Shown here piece after piece: positions 39,900 to 51,519 of a DNA stretch of 64,000 bases. The notes below the pieces were generated by a model. That model searched no databases. It saw nothing but the letters and a program-made list of their open reading frames with translations, and was not told the origin of the DNA. Made by a program: the position numbers and the translations under genes. Origin of the DNA: Octopus vulgaris (Eukaryota). Each line of letters opens with the position of its first letter. Position 1 is the first letter of the stretch. Location: NCBI GenBank assembly GCA_951406725.2, contig OX597821.1, positions 9,982,001-10,046,000 on the forward strand, in the 5' to 3' direction.

Positions 39900-41900
39900 C
39901 TTTTCTGAAGGTCATGAGTAAGTGTCTCAGTTCCGAATCTTTTTCTGTCACTTAGCAGCTCGGGCGCCATGCCGAGTGACATTTGTTGTCTTAGTTTTCC
40001 ACAATCTCTTTCGTACTTCTCATCCCCCTCCCAATCGCTTTGGTCTTCACTCATTGCAAATTATCTGATGTTCTTTATTTTGTGTTCTATAATCAAATTT
40101 GTCTTTGCCCAGTCTGGCATCATCAGTCATTATGGAGAAATTCCCTTCGGTGCTTAGCTCCTATCCTCATTCACAGTTTCAGGTTTCTCTTCACACCAAT
40201 TGTTCTGTTATTTGGATGTCACGCACTCGAGTAACATTCCAATGATGTCTATTATCAACACAGTATTCCTCCGCTTAAACTTTTGTGCTAGCTTAGAGAT
40301 GACTAATATTATCCAGCAGATTCTACATTTGATCTCTAAATGTTGCCGATCGATGCCTTTATTAGAGTCGATCATCTGATTGTTCCTGGGCAGATCTCTT
40401 TAGCGCATTGGCAACTCGTTACTCGTTTAACTCCTTCAACCAAATTCAGCGTTCCTTACTTTCAACATACTCTGGTTGTTGCTGAATTAGCCATGTACTT
40501 CTATTTCTTCCCATCCGTTTGCATGATTGTTCATCCTTCTGCTCTTGCATCTTAATGCTTGTGTCACTTTCTGTTCCACTTTAGCTTCTGATATTATTGA
40601 TTTTGCAATAAATACAGCACAAAGTTTCAGACTCATTAAAGCAGTTCTAAGCGGTTTTCAACCTCCTTCATTTCGAAGAAGATAGACCCCGCCGGTGGTT
40701 GTATGATCATTCATTGTGGACTGCTCGCTAGTTGTTCTACATCCTGCAACTAGAAGTTAGTCCAATAGAGAAAGAGATCACAGTAGCCTAAGTATTTATT
40801 TCATTAATAATTTCTAACACCTTCCTATTGCTTATGCTCTTTGAAGTTCGTTTCGTTAAAATCATAAGCAGGTTAATATGTTCTCAGTATATTTCTCAGA
40901 GGGAGTAATGCTATGAAGATGAGTAATGGAGTGTGCAATTCTCTTTGGTATATACCCAGCATATTCTCCAATTTACTTTGTAATCGTTTGCGCATTTCCC
41001 TCACTATCATAGTTTTTGCCAAATAGTTGTCTATCTTCACATTAGCTTCGAGCAATCTCCGTCACTTCAAGAGGAAGCAGATGGGAACATTGTCTTAGGA
41101 GATTCTGTAATCTCTCCAGGCAAGACTTAAGATTTCCTATCTGACTAGTGCTACATTTAATATCTTACTATCGACATACATCAGATCAACTGTTCTTGAC
41201 ATCTATCCGAAACTCTTTTGCTCCTCTGGAACTAAATCCCCCTTTCCATTTATATTTCATGTGTCTGACGCCAGTTTATAATTTTCTCGTAAATGGTAAG
41301 CATAGATTTATAAGTTCATAGATTTATAAGTTCTTGCGCGTCTTTCTTTTTGTAGTTATTCTATATCAACACTGTCCTTTCTTTTGTCATTTATGTTGTT
41401 CTTCTATCTTCTATGTAATGTAATATGTAGAGTCGTGTATGGCTGTGGATACATGGGAATTTGCACGAAAAATGTATGACAGCTGGTCGACGAGCGTTCA
41501 AATGTGATTCCTTCATCTCTTTCAAATTCTCGTCCGTAATAGTTACATTTTCCAGTTTTACTCCGTCTTCAAATTCTATTTTAAAAATTCTCACAACAGT
41601 TCTGCCTTTTATATTGTGTTGGATTTTTTTTGCTCCAAATATTTTCATCAAATTTTCTAACTGTTAAATCACCTGGAATATACTTCCAATGTTGTTTCTC
41701 TTAATTGTTGAACTGTCTATTATACTGGTAGCAGTTTATTCGCCGCTGGCATCTCTTCTGTTTCCTGACTAAGCTTATTTTGATATTTTCCTGAGCTGCT
41801 TTGTATATAATGCTGTATTTAAGTAGTAAAGTAGTGGGGCAGTATAGCTGTTTGAGATCTGTTAAATATTTAGCTCTTCATTCACAACCTATATATATCA
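39900..41900 (-). mobile_element. highly degraded RTE-like LINE (tentative)
   Basis: Strong A-rich bias on - strand and an RTE-like 3' end near 39930-39990; no intact motif readable. Confidence 0.35.
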
Positions 41901-42613
41901 CATGTTCCACTGTTGATTCCTTTCAGAGTATAGATTACTTTCTTTTTACAAACTTTTAATGAGTCTTAATTCCCGTGTCCAAAAGTAGTCGTTAGTTGTT
42001 TCTTTTGTTACAAAATATTTGTCTAATTCATTACCATTTCACAGAATTATCTGGTTCCCTTGTTTCTACTCTTTTTGGGAACAAAAAATAATTTTGATAA
42101 CAGACATGGCAACATCCACCCTCCGAATTGAGTCTTTACAAACGTTTAACCTTCGTAAAGACTCAGCGTGCTTACTCTGTCTCCTTCATAAGCTCGCGCT
42201 TCATAATAATTTTTCTATCGTCTTGGCTTAACAGCCCTCACCGTTGGCTTTTACTGTTTTGTGCTCATTGTTCTTTTCCTTGTTACCAATTTCCCCCTCC
42301 GAAAAAATTCTAAATTTTATTTAATTTGCCTTGTCCTCGTAACGCGGAGTAGTTGAAACAGGGAAAACTGAAGAAGGGGAATATTCTTTATGTTGTATGT
42401 CTCGTTTCTCTGTTTTTTTCGTTGTTTGAAAAAAGTTCGTTTCTATATTTTTGTTTTTATATTTTCGTTTCTCATTGTGTTCAAAATTGTTGGTGTCCTG
42501 TACCTATATATATGTAGGTATGTACATATATGTATGTATATACGCATATATTTATATATTTTTATATATTATTATATGATCGAAAACCACGCATCTTTTT
42601 CCAAGTTTAAGTT

Positions 42614-42746
<133 letters not shown>

Positions 42747-42877
42747 TAGAAACAAACACCTTTTATCAATTCAATAATGAAAAATTAAATTATACCATTT
42801 AGAAAGATTACATATTATAGAAAGATTAAATGTAAGATAAAACATATAACAATGATTAATTAATATGCAAAATAGTA

Positions 42878-42946
<69 letters not shown>

Positions 42947-43600
42947 TATAATGGAGAAACCTGCTTATTAATTAGGGGTGTAAGAATTACTAAGAGTAGT
43001 AACAGAAAGTAATATTAAAATTTTGACCGTGTGGAAATATTTTTATAAATTCATGTTCTAAGCAATATTGTATGATTTCGATATGATTTCTGCAATTTTT
43101 GAATATTTTAAACTCCAAATTCTTGCAAATTTAATTATTCATTTCATTCACTACGTCCAATCCTTCATAAACCTAAATATTCATTGTATTCACTGCGGAG
43201 TAGATTTTAATATTGAACACTCTTTACTATATAACATTCACTATATAACATTTTAATAAACACCATTAATCCGTTGCAGGTACTCATTCTAGCTCGCCTC
43301 TATTTCCATGAACGATAATTTAACAGTAGCTATAGAACATTGATACGAGACTCAATTCCAAGAATATCATCAGTTTCCGGAGTTTGCTCAATTAATTTTT
43401 TGTTATATTACTATAATTTTAAATTGATTTTGTGTTGAATGAACACATGCTATTACACAAAATAGCTGTATAACTTTGATATGAGGCACAATCTGAAGCA
43501 TATTTCCAGTTTTCGGAGTTTGTTAAATGAATATTTTTGATAAAATGGAGATGTACTTGCATAGCAAGTTACCTGATCTGAGACCGTGCACTGAAACAAA

Positions 43601-43892
43601 AACAACAGTTGCAGGGTGGAAGGTGTTTATAAGCCATTTAAAAACACACAGAAACCGTTAGATTCAAATCAATATTTAAATTTAAGTTGCCAAAATATTT
43701 TCGTCGTTTTCAGACCGGGACCTATTCCCTGACCTGTTCCGCGCAGCACGGAATATTTTTTCAGTAAAGAGGTCCCGGTCGAAATGCGACGAAAATATTT
43801 TCACAAATTAAATTTAAACGTTGAAGAGAATCTTACGGTTTTTGCGTATTTTTATATGGCTTATAAACACCTTCTACGCTGCAATTGTTGTT
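43601..43892. repeat. long hairpin (~130-bp arms) with hammerhead-like motif at the apex
   Basis: 43601-43732 is reverse-complementary to 43761-43892; each arm reads ..GGTCCCGGTC..CGAC-GAAA-ATATTTT. Confidence 0.8.
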
Positions 43893-43939
43893 CTTGATGA
43901 AATGAAAATTCTTTAATATACCGGATATATATATATATA

Positions 43940-45240
43940 TATTAATGAAGAAGTGATACTGTCGGTATGGCTACTTAGCGCTATAAGCCTTACAACAATA
44001 ACTATCTGATCCCTGCTATTTCTAGCATGCTTAACAAGATAGTTCTTTATGAGCTTTCATTTATATATAATATGCGACTGAAAGAAGAAAATTTAGCAAC
44101 AAAGGCACACCGGCAGAGAGACAAGACGGGCAACTGAATCAGATGCAAAACGACTGAAACAGATCTCTGAATATCCACGGAAACGTGGACGTGATTCTCT
44201 TTCCGCTACGCATGACTGACAGGTCGAGAGGAGAATAATGATGCCAAATCACAAATTGTTGATGGAGCACTAAAGAGATCTTTTCTTTGTGATCATATGG
44301 AAGTAGTGGAGTTGACAACTAATCTAAAACTGCTTATGGACGGTCAGTCATTTTGATGAAAGAGAGTTTGCTAATTACGTTCTTGATGCAGGAAATGATA
44401 ACATTTCTGTTGTACAAAGCCTAGGTGAATTCAAAATCGAACTAACCAGTGACCTTTGGTTTTGAAAGTGGTACTCTTACAGATCTATGGGATTTTGTAT
44501 ATGCTGGCCTAAAAGGTACCTTCATAAACCCTGTGTGGCTTGCAAATACAACCATTATTAATCTAGCAAATGAAGCTGCACCATTTGTGAATGATTTTCT
44601 GTTGTCCAAAATCGCCGGTGAGCTAAAAATATACTGAAGTTTAGGTACAGTTGATAATGAAACTGTACACAATCGAATTCATAAAAGAACTTACACCATC
44701 AGCGTTCTTAACTAATGGACGTTGCAATGGCACAAGCTACATCATTGTCAGTTTAGATGACCATGTTAATTAGGTTGAGGCTGCTTTTGGTCCTTATGCA
44801 GGGTCAATTCTGCTTGTCCCAAGAATATCATATGTGTCTCAAGAAGTGGATTTTCCATTCACATTCACATTTACACGCAAACAATTTCTTATCAAGCCAG
44901 CTTTTGCCTTTATGTGCTACAAGGCGCAGGAACAGACTTTTGAATAAATTGGAATGTATCTTCCGACGCAATTTTTCTCACTTTGTCAGGTGTATGTTGC
45001 ATTATGTAGAGTTCAAATGTCAACTAATTTTTAGAATATTGGCTGAGAGAAAGGGAAACGGTATGATTACAGACAATTGTGTCAACAAGGAGATAATACT
45101 TAAAAGCAAAATATGCTTTCCAGCAAGTTTCAGTCAATAGAATTAACTCATAAATTACATGTAAAGAAACATGTAATATTTGTGCGGAATTACACTGTTT
45201 TGGCATATTTTTAAACATGCCGAATGAATGATATAGTTAT
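43940..45240 (+). mobile_element. Helitron remnant (PIF1-like helicase fragments)
   Basis: IVDGALKRS..VELTTNL; FTFTRKQFLIKPAFA..KAQEQT..IGMYLP..QVYVALCRV; NCVNKEII. Confidence 0.7.
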
Positions 45241-45673
45241 ATAATATGATTTTTTATTTGGGTATATTTGAAAAATGAAGCAAACGCCATTCCCATGTAC
45301 ACAATTACTGCACCAGACTTTCGTGTGTATGTTTGTGTGCTGTGTGTGTCCATCCATCCATCCATCCATCCATCCATCCATCCATTCATCTATCTATCTA
45401 TCTATCTATCTATCTATTTATCTATCTATCCACACCTATGTAAGTCCTACAAATTATTAATCATAAATATATATAACAGATTGACTCTTTAAAAAAGAGA
45501 GATTATGACTGTTATAAAATAATGAAAGCAATATTTACTAAACAAGTGAACGCTATTATACAAAGAAATAATTATACGTAAAATATCATAAAGATTATTA
45601 GAATTAAGAAACAAATGTGGAAGTATTATTGAGTGGTTGGCAGATAACCCTCAGGAGGTCGGTCTTTCTGCTG

Positions 45674-45710
<37 letters not shown>

Positions 45711-45772
45711 TAAAAACGGCAAGATAACAAAAGAAAGAAAGAGACCTCAATATTATGTAAATAGAGGAAATT

Positions 45773-45973
45773 TATCTGTAAAATAATATGTGACAATTAT
45801 TCAAAAGCCAAGATAAAACTCTGAGTTTCGGATGCCGAGGTGGAAATCCACAACACCATCTCTTCGGTTATCAGGCCAGATAACCGAAGAGATGGTGTTG
45901 TGGATTTCCAGCTCGGCATCCGAAACTCAGAGTTATATCTTGACTATTGAATAATTGTCACATATTATTTTAC

Positions 45974-45978
<5 letters not shown>
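45773..45978. repeat. near-perfect hairpin (100-bp arms, 6-nt loop) built from two head-to-head hammerhead-like units
   Basis: 45773-45872 is reverse-complementary to 45879-45978; unit reads GATAA-CCGAAGA-GATG..CATCC-GAAACTCAGAGTT-TTATC. Confidence 0.85.
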
Positions 45979-46017
<39 letters not shown>

Positions 46018-46222
46018 TATTGAATTTCCAAATGTCTCAGAGAGACATAAGCAGTGGTGGGTTGATATAGTGGTTGTATACTGTCAACTCAACGTGACAG
46101 TCCCGTCAAGGGAATCACCTCACCGCTATTTAGCCCTAGGAAGCTTCGATACTTCCTGTCGGCTTTGATACATTTCCTGTGTCCTTATATTTGCAAAGGG
46201 GAGGCAAACACCCCCACCAGTT

Positions 46223-46290
46223 AGGACTAGCACTTGAAGACATGCATGTTTCTGAGTCTTGCTCGTCATCAGTCCAGGATAGGAAGTCCT
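46223..46290 (-). ncRNA. type I hammerhead ribozyme with intact catalytic core
   Basis: AGGACT-TCCTATCCTGGA-CTGATGA-CGAGCAAGACTCA-GAAA-CATGCATG-TC-TTCAAGTGCT-AGTCCT: bulged stem I, GAG/CTC stem II, palindromic ACATGCATGT stem III, GUC site at 46241-46239. Confidence 0.8.
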
Positions 46291-46472
46291 TTTCTCTTTA
46301 TTATAGGCACAATGGCCTGAATGCAGAGGGGACATAACAGTACAATATAGGACATGGGCACATATAAAAAAATACAGAAAGGATGATTTGAAATGAAGTA
46401 TTAACAATGAGTTAAATGAAATGGCTTACGAGTCCCCCAAAGCTCACAGTTTGTTTTACAATTACAGTTATA

Positions 46473-47855
46473 TTATTCGGGGTGTTCGTCAGTAATGTAA
46501 ACGAGTAATTCCTCCTGCTCTATAACGCAGGGCAAACTGTCATATCGAACGTAGTGCGCAATGCACACAACTGTATTTGGAAACAAATTAATTAATTTTT
46601 TTACCGTCTCATTATCTAATATTACTGCTTTTAGTTCGTTATCGTATATCCTCGGGTTCAATTTCACTCTCGTTAGACCTTTCATTATCGCTAATTTTTT
46701 CTCGATTTCTTTATCTTTTCGGTACAACATTACAGCTCGGAAATTTCTTCCTTTGGGTCTTCCTCCTTTCTTGCATTTTTTCAGATATTTTTCCACATTT
46801 GTTGACCATATTTCTATTTCCTCCAATCTTTGACCTTCACTCAATTTATTTGTTGTATTTTTCCTTTCGGGTGCTCGCTCCTGTGTCTCGTTGGCAGACT
46901 TCTTTTTTGTTTTTTTCTTTTTTTGGTCTTTGGGTGCTGATTCCACCCGTATTCGCTTTCTATCCTCTTTTTCTTCTGTTCTCTCCTTTTCTTTCTCCTT
47001 CTCTAGCTCGTCGCCACTTTCCATATTATCTGTTGTCATGATTGTTTTTCGCGCTTGTAGTTCTACATTCTCTCTTTCTAACTCCCCTGTCAAAGCTTTT
47101 ATTCCTTCCTCCAGGTTTATCATCTCCTCTTGTATTTCTCTTTGAGGACACACATCTTTCATGTGCCCTCTGCTCTTACATTTATAACACACTGGAGGTC
47201 TCCCTTCCACCACGACACTCAGTCGTTTCTCATCGGGGAACACCAACTCCTCCGGGATGTTGTACAAATCTGGCAGGGTTATGTGGATTAGGGCTTCCAC
47301 CGCATAACCCCACCAGTTTATTTCATTCGACTTTTCCATCTTCAGTATGTCCACGTCCTCCTTGCAGTTATAAATTATTGCAGCTGCTATTCTTTCGGTA
47401 TCAAGTTCCGGTGGAATTTTACTTATTCGCACCGTCACCGCTCGTCTACCACAGTAAGTAGGTAGTAATACCCACTTATCTGATCTCAACGCTGTCGTTG
47501 CATTCCTTTTTGCGTCATCTTCACTTTCGAAGCGAACGTCTACTGTTGCGTATTTTCTACCTCTATTGTAGGAGGTAGTTCTTTCTTTTATTTCTTGTAA
47601 ACACTTTCCAATTTCTTCCACTTCTGCCACTTCTATTCTTTTTGAGACCACACTCCATGTTCTGTATGTTATCGTTTTTTTCTCTGCTCTTTTCACTTCG
47701 TCTTCTGATGGTGTAATCCTCAGACAGTCTCCTTCCTTTTTGAAGCTGTCATAGTATTTCCCCAGATTTTTCTTCTCAATAATTACTTCTTTTAACTGTA
47801 ATGCGTCAGCAGACAGGCTTTTGCCTGCTGCTTTCGCATAAGTCCGGGCTTGCAT
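46473..47855 (-). CDS. intact Tx1/L1-type ORF1 protein (RRM-like region, CCHC zinc knuckle, K/E-rich tail), 460 aa from ATG
   Basis: Uninterrupted ORF; TYAKAA N-terminal motif, VTVRISKIPPEL, LSVVVEGRPPVCYKCKSRGHMKDVCP (C-x2-C-x4-H-x4-C); AATAAA at 46302-46297; no ORF2 follows. Confidence 0.85.
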   Translation of the reverse strand: MQARTYAKAAGKSLSADALQLKEVIIEKKNLGKYYDSFKKEGDCLRITPSEDEVKRAEKKTITYRTWSVVSKRIEVAEVEEIGKCLQEIKERTTSYNRGRKYATVDVRFESEDDAKRNATTALRSDKWVLLPTYCGRRAVTVRISKIPPELDTERIAAAIIYNCKEDVDILKMEKSNEINWWGYAVEALIHITLPDLYNIPEELVFPDEKRLSVVVEGRPPVCYKCKSRGHMKDVCPQREIQEEMINLEEGIKALTGELERENVELQARKTIMTTDNMESGDELEKEKEKERTEEKEDRKRIRVESAPKDQKKKKTKKKSANETQERAPERKNTTNKLSEGQRLEEIEIWSTNVEKYLKKCKKGGRPKGRNFRAVMLYRKDKEIEKKLAIMKGLTRVKLNPRIYDNELKAVILDNETVKKLINLFPNTVVCIAHYVRYDSLPCVIEQEELLVYITDEHPE

Positions 47856-48295
47856 ACCCAACAAAGAATTCAACAATTATAACGTTCAACACAAAGCAAC
47901 AGTTTTCAACAACAATATGCAACAACAAAATTCAACTCAAAACCGCTAATCCAAAAAACCGACCCAAACATTCCCGCGAGAGGTTACCATCTAAAGTAGC
48001 AAGTCGTGCTAGCTGAGATGGCTGCAACCGCTTTACAAATATAGGATATTTTCAGTGAAATGTATTCACTGATCACAAAAATTAGAAATATTGAATTTCT
48101 AAATGTTTCAGAGAGACATGAGCGGTGTTGGGGCGATATAACGACACAGAAAATGTGTCAAAGCCGACAGGAAGCGTCGATGCTTCCTAGGGCTAAATAG
48201 CGGTGGTGTGATTCCCGTTACAGGACTGTCACTTTGAGTTGACAGTATACAACCACTATATATATATATATACATAAATACGTACATATACACAC

Positions 48296-48358
<63 letters not shown>

Positions 48359-49505
48359 AACGTATATATATGTGCTTGCATGTATGTTAGCCTGAATGTA
48401 CATATGTTATGTATGTATGCATGTATGTATATCAGTACCAGTAGTGACGTCAAATAATTTCAACCGTACATTATTACGTCATTTTTCCAGAATCTATAAA
48501 GATGTTATCGTAAACATAATTTTGTCGATATATAATTCATTCTTGTATGCTTTGTCCAATTGAAATCTGGAAATTAAAAGAGAAAATGTCTAGAAATCGG
48601 GAGCGAATTTTTAGTGAAATTAGTCTCTAAACTTTTAACTGTCCAGCGGAAGAAATTGTTTGACATTGACCGATAGAAACATACCTATAATTTCTATAAA
48701 ATCTACATAGCAAAGGAGGTTATAGGTAATAATTGATTTTCCTGTCGTAATATCCGCGTCTAGATATTTTGCTTCTGACAATTTCTCACTGTAATTTAAC
48801 CCATCTTGCTTGGCGTGCACCTACTGTTACCCGAAATTAATTTTAGTTTTTGTGTGATTTGATGCATTAATTTATGTAATTTATATGAAGTTTACCCCCG
48901 TTTATATTCGCTAGATTAGCATTTCCCTTGAACTTTGTTTTTTACAGCTGCGATGTTATTGAATAAAGACCTGTTACAAAATGCTTATTTCTTTATTTTA
49001 AGTACACGCGTTCGCCTGATCAAAACTGTTCATTTCCATCAGCTTTACGGAGTGGGGTTCATATACCTAATTATTTCCTTTACAGCTGTTGTGGATTATC
49101 TTGATTGATGCTCACTTCCTTAAATAAAATTTGCAACACATTTCAAGAGATTAAATTATTAAATTTGAATTATTTTATGACATAAAAATGGTCGAAACGG
49201 ATAACGGTAATTACATAATGAGAAATTTGGCCCATTATATGCAGCGAGAATTTCATTATATTAAATGAGGGATGGATACTTCAGTAAACATTGCCTTTTG
49301 GTAAAACATGCAAAAATGTAAGAGAGGATTCATTGTCTAATATTTCATAGAATTTAACTGTTGCTTGATCACTTTTATATTTCAATTTTGTGCAACTGCT
49401 CATATCAAAACTTCCTGATACTGCTCTTTCGATTAGAGTATTTTTATATATGCTATGCAAAACAATGTACTTTCGGTCAGAAAGACTATTCAAATTCTAA
49501 ATAGG

Positions 49506-49600
49506 AAGTATTATGAAATGTCTAATATAAAGTATTATGAAATGTCTAATATAAGGTATTATGAAAATCTAATATAAAGTACTAAAGTAATATAAAGTAC
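49506..49600. repeat. short minisatellite (~24-bp unit, ~3 copies)
   Basis: AAGTATTATGAAATGTCTAATATA repeated. Confidence 0.85.
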
Positions 49601-50835
49601 AACGACAATAGTAGCTACAAAAAACTGGGAATTCACCTTCAGGGACCAAATCGTTTGTGAATTTGATGGTAACAGAGCGACAGAAATCATTCTCTCCTAT
49701 ATTTTTACTACTTTTACAACCACAATTAAAATTTTAGTTGGTAGCTAACCGAAAGTGGTTTTTACTAACCAATATTGGTATTTTTACGTATTTTTAAGCT
49801 GTTTAGATGCATCTAAATCCTGTCATGTTAAGCAGACTGAAATTGAAACTTATATTAGTCGTGGTTCCCGTTAATTTTTTGTTACAATATCTAACAGACA
49901 AAAGAATTTTCTGTATTGTATAGCTATTCGGATGTATTTAACTATGTTTAGCTAGTCAAACAATTTGAAGCTTCTTTCTAGATGGAAGAAATACATCTTA
50001 ATTTCAGTAGGATCTAAATAACTAAGCATTATTATCTAAAAATCTATGACATTATTCCAATATGACTTTCTCGTATTGTTCTTTCATTTGAAGTGTTTTT
50101 TGATTTCATTTGCTTTTACTTTCATTATCATTTTCCCTTTGACTATTTGTCTCTGTTTCTCCCTTTCATTCTTATCTTCTTAACTGGAATATTTCTAAAA
50201 CTTTTGCAAATAACGATGACTTATCTATGTAGACATTCACATAAATTCAATATTAGTAATGAAAAGATTGAAATGATGTATTATATGAATGCTTCTATTA
50301 AAGTAGTTTATCGGTGTACATTCGATTATCAATGTATCAATGCTTACATCTTGTCTTAAATTAATTATTCTTCTCTTAGACATAATATGAAGAACATCTG
50401 CATCAATTTTGGCAAATCAGAATATTTTTCTGTTCACTCAATCTTACATATCATTTATTAATACGTCCCATAGATCAACTAAACATACATAAACGATGGA
50501 AATTACGTACATTTGCCAAGCAATTATTCATTTAACACTGCAACAAAGACATCTGGTCTTCAGATAGTTCATAGTGAATTATTAGAATACAATTAAATAA
50601 GTAAGACTCTTGTAGAAACCATGAGTTAAATATCACGGTTATTATGAAATGAAAGAAGAATTAAAATCGTTACGTACCACCTGTACACAATCGCAAATCC
50701 GTCAATTATAAATCCCTACATAATGTGTTATAATAATGTTTTCAATGCGTAGTTTGTGCATTGGTTATATATCATGCGTCAGTGTATATGCTCACACAGA
50801 TGAATTATAATATTAGTAACACACACACACTGACA

Positions 50836-50887
<52 letters not shown>

Positions 50888-51519
50888 GTTACAAGTAATA
50901 GACTATTTATTATATTTCTTCTGTAATAAACTGATATTAGAAATTTACAAATTTGCACAAATTATATGCATGCAGACAAGGATAATTTACGAGTTAACGA
51001 AAAGGTGGGGAGTATCCTTGGTGTCATGAGTATCTAGAAATGGCATCAAGTTCTAATGTATGTCACACGTGTCCGATTAATATACGAAACCTAATGGGAT
51101 TTTCTTTAATGAATGTTTTGGTGTAAATGCTCTTAAAGGGAAATAACTATTTGTTCCAGAACATTAATTTATACTTCAAACTATACTTCAAACTGCTGAA
51201 GTTGTAATTTTTAGATATACAATCCTTAGGAGAGGGGCCGCTGGCATCATAAAACATTTTGAATACTTCAAAATCTTTATTACATGAGAAATCGTTAAGA
51301 TAGTGATTGTGAACAGTACATTGTGGGGTACTTATGCGTCCTCACGAATTTCCTCAAACTAACTTTGTCATCACTCTGGCTAAACACTGATTAATTTTTC
51401 CAAGATGATGTGTAGTTGCATCAAATTTTGCTTAAAGTTTAGGGTGAATCGACGTCAGTACTCAGAACAGGAGATATGGCAGGAGAATCGGCTTCAGTAC
51501 TCGACTGATCTTTTATGTC

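Larger units (their letters stand above)
46011..48260 (-). mobile_element. composite element: inverted repeats enclosing an ORF1-only cassette plus hammerhead
   Basis: Inverted repeats 46066-46190 / 48136-48260, direct repeat 46011-46069 / 48082-48140, inner inverted match 46166-46198 / 48031-48066; embedded in (TA)n on both sides. Confidence 0.75.

Noticed and set aside
46561-47461. + strand ORFs overlapping ORF1
   Set aside because: F/S/L-rich antisense shadows of the K/E-rich ORF1.
49506-49600. CRISPR-like repeat array
   Set aside because: Units are contiguous with no unique spacers, there are no cas genes, and the context is eukaryotic.
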